Source: an uncultured Anaerolineales bacterium | Lineage (GTDB): Bacteria; Chloroflexota; Anaerolineae; Anaerolineales; UBA11858 | Length of the DNA: 64,000 bases | Assembly: GCA_964603385.1 (NCBI GenBank) | Contig: CAZRUS010000009.1 | Coordinates: 9,279 to 73,278, forward strand | Direction: 5' to 3' | Shown here: piece after piece, positions 29,268-37,604 of the stretch | How positions within the stretch are numbered: the stretch's first letter is position 1 | Layout of the letters: every line of letters begins with the position of its first letter | Made by a program: the position numbers and the translations under genes | The notes under the pieces: model-generated | The model's input: only the letters and a program-made list of their open reading frames with translations | What the model was told of the DNA's origin: nothing | The model's database searches: none

Positions 29268-30182
29268 TCAGAGTTGATTTAATCCCTCTCCGGTTTCGCT
29301 CCCTCCTGGGAATCCTTCGCGTCCGGCAGACTTTTTTGTGTCTTCGTCAAGTTCTTCCAAGGAGTACGCCAGATCCCCCAGTTCCCCATTTTTGACCGCC
29401 TCGATAATCCTTCGATCTCCATCCAAAAGCCGGAGCGCGACCCATTTTGCGTTGGGGACATCCGGAAAGGCGGCTTCAATTTGCCCGGTCAGGTCGCTGA
29501 CCGCCCGATCCACAGCCGGATGGTGATAGTCCACCCGATAAGGGGTTCCAATGGTCTCCCCCAGCGCAACCTCACTGATGGCCTGCACCAGCTCATCCAG
29601 CCCCTGTTGATAGCGGGCAACCGTGGGCACCACCGGGACGCCGAGATCGCGGGCCAGACGGCGGTGATCAACCTGGATTTGATGGCGCTCAGCCTCATCC
29701 ATCAAATTTAAACAGATCACCATCCGGCTGGTGATTTCCAGCACCTGCAGGGCCAGGTTTAAATTTCGCTCCAGTCGGGTGGCATCCACCACCACCACGG
29801 TGACATCCGGCCGGCCGAATAGGATGAAATCCCTGGCGATCTCCTCATCCAGACTGGTCGCCAGCAGAGAATAGGTCCCAGGAAGATCGACCAGTTTATA
29901 GCGATGATCCCGGTAATCAAATCCCCCCTCGGCCCTGGTGACAGTTTTCCCCGGCCAATTGCCGGTGTGCTGACGGAGGCCGGTCAGGGCATTAAATACA
30001 GTGCTTTTGCCAGTATTAGGATTTCCGGCCAGGGCGACCACAAAATCCCAATCCTCCATATCGACCCCCAGCTTTTTCAGATTGGCCGCGTGATGCACCG
30101 GACAGGAAGCACAGCCGCTGCGGTCTTTCCCCTGCGTCAGATCGGGGAAACTATTCTGAGATTGGTCAGCCTCTTTCCTCAT
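29268..30182 (-). CDS. feoB: FeoB GTPase domain (N-terminal half of a split FeoB)
   Basis: G1 GNPNTGKS, G2 NWPGKT, G3 DLPG and G4 NLMD. N-terminal CASCPVH motif. Confidence 0.92.
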   Translation of the reverse strand: MRKEADQSQNSFPDLTQGKDRSGCASCPVHHAANLKKLGVDMEDWDFVVALAGNPNTGKSTVFNALTGLRQHTGNWPGKTVTRAEGGFDYRDHRYKLVDLPGTYSLLATSLDEEIARDFILFGRPDVTVVVVDATRLERNLNLALQVLEITSRMVICLNLMDEAERHQIQVDHRRLARDLGVPVVPTVARYQQGLDELVQAISEVALGETIGTPYRVDYHHPAVDRAVSDLTGQIEAAFPDVPNAKWVALRLLDGDRRIIEAVKNGELGDLAYSLEELDEDTKKSAGREGFPGGSETGEGLNQL

Positions 30183-31243
30183 TGCTCTCTCCTGGGTGGG
30201 TGGGGAACATCCCGCTGAGATCCGTTTTTGGGTTCCACGTAGATCATCCTGGCCTGCTGTTCGCGGAGAGCGATCAGGGATCCGCGAATTCTATAGGCCG
30301 TGGGGTCTCCGCCGGGGCTGACCATTTCCACCTCAATCTCCGTTCCGGGAATCACCCCCAGGTCGAGCAGCCGGCGCCGTTCCAGCCCCCGGCAGAGCGG
30401 GGCGATTTCAATCACCTTCCCCCCGGTACCCTGCTTCAGGGAACTCAAGGGGACTCCTGCTGATTCCCGGAGCTGCTCCTCCTGCACCAGAGGAGTGACC
30501 GAAATATTGGCTGCAACCACAGGAGCAAGAATGTGCTCCTGATCATCACTCCAGATGCGCACCCGCTGTTCAGAGATCTCATCAACTTCAATAATCTGCT
30601 GAGGGTGAAGCCCTTCAGCAAGTATTTGTGCGTAGACGACATCGGGCTCATCCTCGATATGGACGATCCGGGCTGGGACCTGCTGACGCATATCGGTCAA
30701 TGGCATCCCCCCGTGACCTACCAGCTGCCCTGCTGCTGTGGGAATTGGATCCCCATGGGGATCATGAGTGGGATTGCCCAGGCTGGCTGACAGTTGATCT
30801 GCCTCTTCAGCCGTCAGCTGATGCTCATAGCGCTCAGCGCGCTGATGCCATTCCTGCTCGGAAAAGCCGGTGGCTTCTGCCAGATATTTCTCCCAAAGGC
30901 GGTGCGCCCGGACGATCTGGACGGCAGTATCCCGGCCGCGTTCAGTCAGCTGGAACTGATTCCCCCGGATCACCACCAGCCCTTTCGCCTGAGAGGAGGC
31001 CATCAGCTCCGAGACCCGATCGCGCGAGATGGATAGCGCCCCAGCCAGACTTTCCACCGTGCAGGGATTCTGATACCGTTCTGATTTGTAAAGATACTTC
31101 AGAGCATCCTCGACCAGCACCCGGTCGGTTAACTCCCGTCGGCGCTGCAGCTGCCAGATCAGCCCGTTCTCAGGCCAGAACAGGTACCCGGCTAAGATCA
31201 CCATCACACTTCCTGCAACAAAGGCCAATAAGGGGTCAATCAT
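30179..31243 (-). CDS. Membrane-anchored DtxR-like protein with two FeoA domains
   Basis: N-terminal hydrophobic helix, EDALKYLY w[21 protein letters not shown], then two FeoA repeats (second: [12 protein letters not shown]...PGGDP). Confidence 0.85.
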   Translation of the reverse strand: MIDPLLAFVAGSVMVILAGYLFWPENGLIWQLQRRRELTDRVLVEDALKYLYKSERYQNPCTVESLAGALSISRDRVSELMASSQAKGLVVIRGNQFQLTERGRDTAVQIVRAHRLWEKYLAEATGFSEQEWHQRAERYEHQLTAEEADQLSASLGNPTHDPHGDPIPTAAGQLVGHGGMPLTDMRQQVPARIVHIEDEPDVVYAQILAEGLHPQQIIEVDEISEQRVRIWSDDQEHILAPVVAANISVTPLVQEEQLRESAGVPLSSLKQGTGGKVIEIAPLCRGLERRRLLDLGVIPGTEIEVEMVSPGGDPTAYRIRGSLIALREQQARMIYVEPKNGSQRDVPHPPRREQ

Positions 31244-31339
31244 TGCCTTTCTCCCAAATTTTCCTGATCTGCTCTCTGTTCTGAGCTTTTTTAAAAGCTC
31301 ATCCTCTCAGCTCCCTGGACTGCCTGGAATTCTGGACCG

Positions 31340-32020
31340 TTACGGGGAGATCCGCACCAGAATCTGAGCGGTTGCGCTGGCACCCAGCACGCTTTTCTCC
31401 TCCCGACCCTGAATCTGCAGATGCAGGGTGTCATCGTAGGGAGAAAAATCCAGCACCAGGAACTCCGCTTCCGGCACCAGACCTTTCTCCGCCAGATAGC
31501 GGAGAAAGCCCGGATCATCGTCCTGCACAGAATGAATGGTCCCCCGCTTTCCCGGGGGGACATCATGCAGATATAGAGTATCCTCATCCGGCATCTCGAG
31601 AGACCGGGTGGGGATCGGTTTTCCGTGCAGTCCCCGCTGGGGATGCCCCAGCACCTCGGCCAGCCGGTCTTCAAACACCTCGGAGATGACATGTTCCAGA
31701 CGGTCAGCCTCTTCATGCACCTGGTCCCAGGTATACCCCAGATACTGATGTAAAAAGAGCTCCAGCAGGCGGTGGTGGCGGATGACCTCCAGTGCGATCC
31801 GGCGTCCCTGGGCTGTCAGGGCCGCTCCCCGGTGCTTGCGGTAATCCACCAGCGGCGTTTGCTCGCCAGCCAGCCGCTGCAGCATATCGGTCACCGAGGC
31901 CGGGCTGATGTTCAGCTCCGCGGCAATCTCACCGGTGCTGGCGCGCTCAGCCTCTGCGGTGAGCTGATAGATAATTTTCAGATAATCCTCAATCGTTTCC
32001 GAAAATCCGGTCTGTCTCAT
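31340..32020 (-). CDS. DtxR/MntR/IdeR family metal-dependent repressor
   Basis: EDYLKIIY, SPASVTDML, RHHRLLELFL, HEEADRLEHVIS and a C-terminal SH3/FeoA-like domain. Confidence 0.93.
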   Translation of the reverse strand: MRQTGFSETIEDYLKIIYQLTAEAERASTGEIAAELNISPASVTDMLQRLAGEQTPLVDYRKHRGAALTAQGRRIALEVIRHHRLLELFLHQYLGYTWDQVHEEADRLEHVISEVFEDRLAEVLGHPQRGLHGKPIPTRSLEMPDEDTLYLHDVPPGKRGTIHSVQDDDPGFLRYLAEKGLVPEAEFLVLDFSPYDDTLHLQIQGREEKSVLGASATAQILVRISP

Positions 32021-32049
32021 GGCGATATTCCTTTCTGCTTATCTAATAC

Positions 32050-32079
32050 TTATTTTAGGTATTCCTAAAATAATGTCAA
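32050..32079 (-). promoter_or_regulatory. DtxR-family operator overlapping the promoter of the regulator-feo operon
   Basis: Perfect 10-4-10 palindrome TTATTTTAGG-tatt-CCTAAAATAA (32050-32073). On the minus strand it overlaps TTGACA-N16-TAAAAT. The TTAGG...CCTAA core matches DtxR-family boxes. Confidence 0.8.
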
Positions 32080-32184
32080 GGGAAGAGATCTGGGAAATCC
32101 TTTTCCATCCTAATCTGGTAATTCCAGGCCCATATTCATCCTTTAAAATATTTGCAGGGAATATCAATATTTCCAATTTTGTGT

Positions 32185-32212
32185 TTGACATAATTAATTA
32201 TCATGTTACAAT
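32185..32212 (+). promoter_or_regulatory. Sigma70-type promoter of the MFS gene
   Basis: TTGACA (32185-32190), 16-nt spacer, TGnTACAAT (-10 at 32207-32212). Confidence 0.7.
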
Positions 32213-32258
32213 TGTGGCGCTTATTAGCAAAAATTACTAAACTTTTTTAAGGTGCCTT

Positions 32259-33545
32259 ATGCTGACCAGGCTTTCTGACCTTTACCGCGAATATCCGCGC
32301 ACATTCTGGATCATCCTGGGTGCTTCCTTTGTGGATCGCCTGGGTGGAGCCCTGATTTTCCCCTTCTTTGCGCTTTACATCACCGCCAACTATAACGCCG
32401 GTATGACCCAGGTCGGTGTGCTGTTTTCCATCATCGCCATCACCAGCGTCTTTGGGAGTTTGGCTGGAGGGGCTTTTACCGATAAGTTTGGCCGCAAGCT
32501 GATCATCATTCTGGGGCTGATCTTCAGCGCAGCCAGCACCCTGTTGTTTGCCTTTGCACCGAACCTGCGGTTTATTTATCTATCCGGTTTCATCGTGGGC
32601 TTGTTCGGCCACATGGCCGGCCCGGCCCACCAGGCGATGATCGCCGATGTGCTGCCGGAGCACCAGCGGGCGGAAGGCTTCGGTCTGCTGCGGGTAGCCT
32701 TCAACCTGGCGGTGGCCATCGGGCCTGCGATCGGCGGTCTGCTGGCAGCGCAGTCCTACACCCTGCTGTTCATCATTGACGTCATCACCAGCTCGCTGGT
32801 GGCGGTGTTCTTTTTCATTGCCGTGCCTGAGACCAAACCGGCGGTCTCCGGGCAGGAGGAACAGCAGCGGGAAGAGACTCTGCTGCAATCGCTGTCCGGA
32901 TATCTGGCCGTAACCCGAGATACGCTGTATATGGTCTTCCTGTTCGGCTCCCTGCTCATGGTGGCAGCCTATATGCAGATGAATTCCACGCTTTCGGTCT
33001 ACCTCCGCGACGTGCACGGCGTGCCGGACCAGGGCTACGGGCTGATCCTGAGCATCAACGCCGGGATGGTGGTGCTGTTTCAGTTCTGGGTCACCCGCCG
33101 GATCAAGGGGCTTCCCCCCATGATCACCATGGTGCTCGGCGTGGTGCTCTACGCAGTTGGCTTCACCATGTACGGATTTGTCGCCGGGATGCTTCTGTTC
33201 ATCACCGCCATGGTCATTATCACCATCGGCGAGATGCTGATCGCTCCGATCGGCCAATCGCTGGTCGCCGCCCTCTCCCCTACCGCCATGCGGGGTCGGT
33301 ATATGGCAGTGTATGGTTTTTCCTGGACCATTCCCAATGCCTTTGCCCCCCTGCTGGCCGGGGTGATCATGGACCGCTACAATCCCCATTGGGTCTGGTA
33401 TGGTGCGGGGCTGGTCCTACTCTGTTCGGCTGCTATCTTTGCCGGCCTGCATCTCAAAGCAGGGGAAAGGATTAAACACATCAACAGCGGTCAGCCTGAC
33501 CCATCGGTCGGGCCGCTGCTTGACCGCCACCCCGCTGTTGAGTGA
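32259..33545 (+). CDS. MFS transporter (DHA1/MdtH-like)
   Basis: About 12 TMs, motif A GAFTDKFGRK, and GPAIGGLL. Confidence 0.92.
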   Translation: MLTRLSDLYREYPRTFWIILGASFVDRLGGALIFPFFALYITANYNAGMTQVGVLFSIIAITSVFGSLAGGAFTDKFGRKLIIILGLIFSAASTLLFAFAPNLRFIYLSGFIVGLFGHMAGPAHQAMIADVLPEHQRAEGFGLLRVAFNLAVAIGPAIGGLLAAQSYTLLFIIDVITSSLVAVFFFIAVPETKPAVSGQEEQQREETLLQSLSGYLAVTRDTLYMVFLFGSLLMVAAYMQMNSTLSVYLRDVHGVPDQGYGLILSINAGMVVLFQFWVTRRIKGLPPMITMVLGVVLYAVGFTMYGFVAGMLLFITAMVIITIGEMLIAPIGQSLVAALSPTAMRGRYMAVYGFSWTIPNAFAPLLAGVIMDRYNPHWVWYGAGLVLLCSAAIFAGLHLKAGERIKHINSGQPDPSVGPLLDRHPAVE

Positions 33546-33572
33546 TCCGGGCTGCCCGCAGATCCGGCAGTG

Positions 33573-33601
33573 TTGACCCCGGCGGGGGTTTGTGGCATAA
33601 T
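33573..33601 (+). promoter_or_regulatory. Promoter of the ileS leader
   Basis: TTGACC (33573-33578), 17-nt spacer, TGnCATAAT (-10 at 33596-33601). Confidence 0.65.
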
Positions 33602-33619
33602 CATCCCGACACATGGAAA

Positions 33620-33922
33620 AGCAGAGATGAAAACGAGTAAGGCGGACTGGGGCCCTCAGCGAGCCCGGAAATGGTGAAAGCCGGGTCAGAAACAGCCGCT
33701 CGAAAATCCTTTCGGAGCTGTGCACTGAACGCCCTCAGGCAAGTAAGGAATCCGACCTCACCCCCCGTTACCAGGGTGCAGAGATCCATCAGAACCTGCC
33801 GCGAGGGAAACTTTCCCACAGCGGCGTTGCGCCGGGTCTTTGCCGAGCGCCCGCCAGCCAGCGGGAATCCGGGTGGTACCGCGTGAGTGATTACTCTCGT
33901 CCCAGTGGGGACGAGTTTTTTT
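33620..33922 (+). ncRNA. T-box riboswitch, Ile specifier
   Basis: AGTA and AGCGA/GGTG stem-I motifs, GAAA followed by specifier ATC (33706-33708), T-box GGGTGGTACCGCG (33871-33883), and terminator ctcgtccc/gggacgag + T7 (33896-33922), directly upstream of ileS. Confidence 0.93.
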
Positions 33923-33937
33923 GTTTCTGGAGGCAGT

Positions 33938-36900
33938 ATGGCCATCGAAAAAGCACCGCATGAATTTGATTTTATCGAAAACGAACACCACATTCTGAAG
34001 ATCTGGGAAGAATCCCGGGCCTTTAAAACCCTCTGCAAACTCCATCAGGGGGAACCGCGCTGGTCTTTCATTGACGGCCCGATCACTGCCAATAATCCCA
34101 TGGGTGTGCATCACGGTTGGGGCAGGACCTATAAGGACCTCTTCAACCGCTACTGGACCATGCGCGGTCGCGAACTGCGCTACCAGAACGGTTTTGATTG
34201 TCAGGGGCTGTGGGTGGAAGTGGAGGTGGAGAAGGAGAAAGGCTTTCAATCCAAAAAAGACATCGAAGAATACGGATTGGATACCTTCGTCCGGGAATGC
34301 AAAGCCCGGGTGCTGCGCTACGCCGCCGTGCAGACCGAGCAGTCGCAGCGTCTGGGATACTGGATGGACTGGAATGATCCCGATCGGCTGCGGGACCTGG
34401 CTGAGAAACTGCTGGAGGATCCCCTCCAGGTGATCACGGTTGACGGTCCGGAGGGACCGGTGACCGACACGGTGGAACAGATCGTCGGCCGGTTGGGTCT
34501 GCCTGAACTGGGCGGCAGCTATTTCACGTTTTCCAATGAGAACAATTACATGATCTGGAAATTTCTCAAGAAGACCTGGGAGAACGGCTGGCTCTACCGG
34601 GGAGCTGATGTCATGCCCTGGTGTCCGCGCTGTGCCACTGCCATCAGCCAGCACGAGATCGTCACCGACGGGTACGCTGAGCTCACCCACCGCTCAGTCA
34701 CCCTGCGGTTTCCCCTGCGAGAAAAACCTGGTGAATCCCTGCTGGTCTGGACGACCACTCCCTGGACGCTGACTTCCAATGTGGCAGCAGCGGTCGGCCC
34801 TGACCTCACTTACGTCAAAGCGCGGGTCAAATCACCCCCCGGGGAAACAGGGGAGGAAAGCATCCTCTACCTCTCCAAGGGCACCCTTGCCATGCTCCAG
34901 GGAGAGGTGGAGATCCTGGAAGAACTGCCGGGGCGCGACATGGAAGGCTGGACCTACGATGGGCCTTTCGATGAGCTGCCGGCCGCCCAATCTCCCGGAG
35001 GCGTCACAGAGCTGAAAGAACTTCAAGCAGGGATTGACCACAACGCCATTCAGGCCCACCGGGTGATCCTCTGGGAGGACGTTGGAGAAGAAGAGGGCAC
35101 CGGCATCGTCCATATCGCTCCAGGCTGCGGTGCGGAGGACTTTGAGCTCTCTTACGAATATCAGCTGCCCCGCATTGCTCCCCTCACCGAAGAAGGGTAT
35201 TTCATTGAGGGGTTTGATTGGCTGACCGGGGAACATGTCTCCGAAGTCGCTGACCCCATCTTTGAAAGCCTGAAAGAAAAAGGCATCCTCTACCAGATTG
35301 AACCCTATACCCACCGCTACCCCACCTGCTGGCGCTGCAAGACCGAGCTGGTTTTTCGACTGGTCGATGAGTGGTTCATTGATATGGGAGAGAATTATCA
35401 GAAACCAAGGGAACAGCTGACCGAAGCGGAAAAAGCCGACAGCCTGCGCTACCAAATCATGGATGTGGTCGACCAGATCCGCTGGATCCCGGAATTCGGA
35501 CATGCCCGGGAGCTGGACTGGCTGCGCAATATGCACGACTGGATGATCTCCAAAAAACGCTACTGGGGGCTGGCCCTGCCCATCTGGGTTTGTGAGGAAT
35601 GCAGTCATTATCATGTCATCGGCGATGAGGTCGAACTGGCCGAGCGGGCTGTGGAAGGATACCAGGAGCTGGCCGGTCATACCCCTCACCGGCCCTTTAT
35701 TGACCGGGTGAAATTGACCTGCGGCGAATGCGGTGGGCGCATGAACCGCATCCCGGACGTCGGCAATCCCTGGCTGGATGCCGGGATTGTCCCTTTCTCC
35801 ACGCTGAGATACCGCACAGACCGGGAATACTGGGATCAATGGTATCCTGCGGATTGGATCAGTGAATCCTTCCCGGGGCAATTTCGCAACTGGTTCTACA
35901 GTTTGCTGGCCATGGCCACGGTGATCGATCAATCCCCCCCTTTCCTGGAGAACTTCAGCTACGCCAGCCTGTACGCGGAGGATGGCCGGGAAATGCACAA
36001 ATCCTGGGGGAACGCCATCGAGTTCAATGAAGCCGCCGACAGGATGGGTGTTGACGTCATGCGCTGGCTGTACTGTGCACACAAACCGGAGAACAACCTG
36101 CTCTTCGGCTACCACCGGGCAGAAGAAACCCGGCGCCGCTTCATCATCCCCTACTGGAATGTCTATTCCTTCTTCACCACCTACGCCGAGATCGATGGCT
36201 GGACGCCGGACGAAGGCCGGTTTGATCCGGATTATCCGGAAGGGTCCACCCCGGAAAGCAGCAACCCGCTGGACCGCTGGATTCTAGGGCGTTTGAATCA
36301 ATCCCTGCAAACTGTGGAAGACCGGTTGGAAAATTCAGACGCCTTCACCGCCACCCAGGAATTTGAAACCCTGCTGGATGACCTCAGCAACTGGTATGTC
36401 CGGCGCTCCCGCCGGCGGTTCTGGAAGACAGAAACAGACCGGGATAAGCAGCTGGCTTATCAGACCCTCTGGCATGTGCTGGTCAAGATGAGCCGGGCGC
36501 TGGCCCCGATCATTCCCTTCCTGACAGAAACAATTTATCAGAATCTGGTGCGGGAGCAGTTCCCAGCGGCCCGGGACAGCATTCATCACACCCGCTGGCC
36601 GGAAACAGATCCCTCTGCTGTGGACGGGCAGCTGATTGACCAGATGGGGCTGGCCCGGGAGATCGCCAGCCAGGGCTTGAGCGCCCGCAGTAATGAGGGC
36701 ATCAAGGTCCGTCAGCCGCTGTCCACAGTACTCGTTTATGTCAAGCAGGGCCGCGCTGAACTTTCCGAAGAACTGGTGGAAATCGTCACCGACGAACTTA
36801 ACATCCAGAATTTGGAGTTTGTCGATGATCCTGAAAAACTGGTCAGCTACAAAGTTTTCCCCGTCAACCGCCTGCTGGGGCCGAAGTATGGAGAGGATTT

Positions 36901-37378
36901 CCCCAAAATTCGAGGTGCACTGGATAATCTGAATCCCGATCAGGTCGCCTCCCAGGTGGAGGAAGGCCATCCGATCGCCGTTGAAATCGAGGGAGAAACC
37001 ATCCAGCTTGAACCGGAAGAGATCATGATCCGCACCGAAGCTGCTGAAGGCTTTTCCACGGTGGACAGCAAGCTGCTTACCGTGGCCATTGACACCACCA
37101 TCACAGCAGCGCTGCGGGCAGAGGGCCTGGCCAGAGAACTGGTCCGGCGCATCCAGGATTTTCGCAAGCAGGCCGATTTTGATATCGCTGACCGCATCCA
37201 ACTGGTCTACCAGGCCACGCCAGATCTGACCCGGGCTGCTGAAGAACACCGGGAATACATCATGGAGGAAACGCTGGCGGTGGAGATGGCGGAGGGCACA
37301 CCCGATGAGGGGATGTTTGTGGGCACGGACGAGTTTGAGGGCGAACAGGTCACCCTGGGGCTGGAAGTGGTCGGCTGA
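33938..37378 (+). CDS. ileS: Isoleucine-tRNA ligase, type 2 (IleRS2)
   Basis: DGPITANN, WTTTPWTL.SN, GTGIVHIAPG, DW.ISKKRYWG and EMHKSWGN. No C-terminal Zn finger of type 1. Ile T-box upstream; start 33938 with SD ggagg. Confidence 0.97.
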   Translation: MAIEKAPHEFDFIENEHHILKIWEESRAFKTLCKLHQGEPRWSFIDGPITANNPMGVHHGWGRTYKDLFNRYWTMRGRELRYQNGFDCQGLWVEVEVEKEKGFQSKKDIEEYGLDTFVRECKARVLRYAAVQTEQSQRLGYWMDWNDPDRLRDLAEKLLEDPLQVITVDGPEGPVTDTVEQIVGRLGLPELGGSYFTFSNENNYMIWKFLKKTWENGWLYRGADVMPWCPRCATAISQHEIVTDGYAELTHRSVTLRFPLREKPGESLLVWTTTPWTLTSNVAAAVGPDLTYVKARVKSPPGETGEESILYLSKGTLAMLQGEVEILEELPGRDMEGWTYDGPFDELPAAQSPGGVTELKELQAGIDHNAIQAHRVILWEDVGEEEGTGIVHIAPGCGAEDFELSYEYQLPRIAPLTEEGYFIEGFDWLTGEHVSEVADPIFESLKEKGILYQIEPYTHRYPTCWRCKTELVFRLVDEWFIDMGENYQKPREQLTEAEKADSLRYQIMDVVDQIRWIPEFGHARELDWLRNMHDWMISKKRYWGLALPIWVCEECSHYHVIGDEVELAERAVEGYQELAGHTPHRPFIDRVKLTCGECGGRMNRIPDVGNPWLDAGIVPFSTLRYRTDREYWDQWYPADWISESFPGQFRNWFYSLLAMATVIDQSPPFLENFSYASLYAEDGREMHKSWGNAIEFNEAADRMGVDVMRWLYCAHKPENNLLFGYHRAEETRRRFIIPYWNVYSFFTTYAEIDGWTPDEGRFDPDYPEGSTPESSNPLDRWILGRLNQSLQTVEDRLENSDAFTATQEFETLLDDLSNWYVRRSRRRFWKTETDRDKQLAYQTLWHVLVKMSRALAPIIPFLTETIYQNLVREQFPAARDSIHHTRWPETDPSAVDGQLIDQMGLAREIASQGLSARSNEGIKVRQPLSTVLVYVKQGRAELSEELVEIVTDELNIQNLEFVDDPEKLVSYKVFPVNRLLGPKYGEDFPKIRGALDNLNPDQVASQVEEGHPIAVEIEGETIQLEPEEIMIRTEAAEGFSTVDSKLLTVAIDTTITAALRAEGLARELVRRIQDFRKQADFDIADRIQLVYQATPDLTRAAEEHREYIMEETLAVEMAEGTPDEGMFVGTDEFEGEQVTLGLEVVG

Positions 37379-37432
37379 GGGCAGATCAAGCGGGCAGATC
37401 CGGCGCTGATCTGTTAGCTGATCTGTTATAAT
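37379..37432 (+). promoter_or_regulatory. Repeat-flanked extended -10 promoter upstream of tyrS
   Basis: gggcagatc twice (37379, 37392), tandem gctgatctgtta twice (37405, 37417), then TGtTATAAT (37424-37432). Confidence 0.55.
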
Positions 37433-37604
37433 CACCTCAGACAGGAGCCACCGTTAACCCAGCAAAGCAAACATGAAGCAAACTGACGGATTGACCTATA
37501 CTGACTGCTAGAAGTGCTGCCTGGATCTGATGCCAAGGCCACTTCCCAACACGCCTCCCTCCCGGGGGCGTGTTCATCTATGGATAATACCCCGAGAGAT
37601 ACCC

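Noticed and set aside
29268-29270. Selenocysteine recoding of the in-frame TGA in feoB
   Set aside because: The codon sits in a variable linker, not a redox motif. No SECIS could be supported, and an SD-ATG restart follows immediately.
37379-37428. Possible CRISPR or other repeat array
   Set aside because: Only two copies each of 9-12 nt units, with no spacers and no cas genes.
33758-37435. Long antisense ORFs (33758-34690, 34832-36115, 36335-37435)
   Set aside because: They lie opposite ileS and show no motifs; they are shadow ORFs typical of GC-rich coding DNA.
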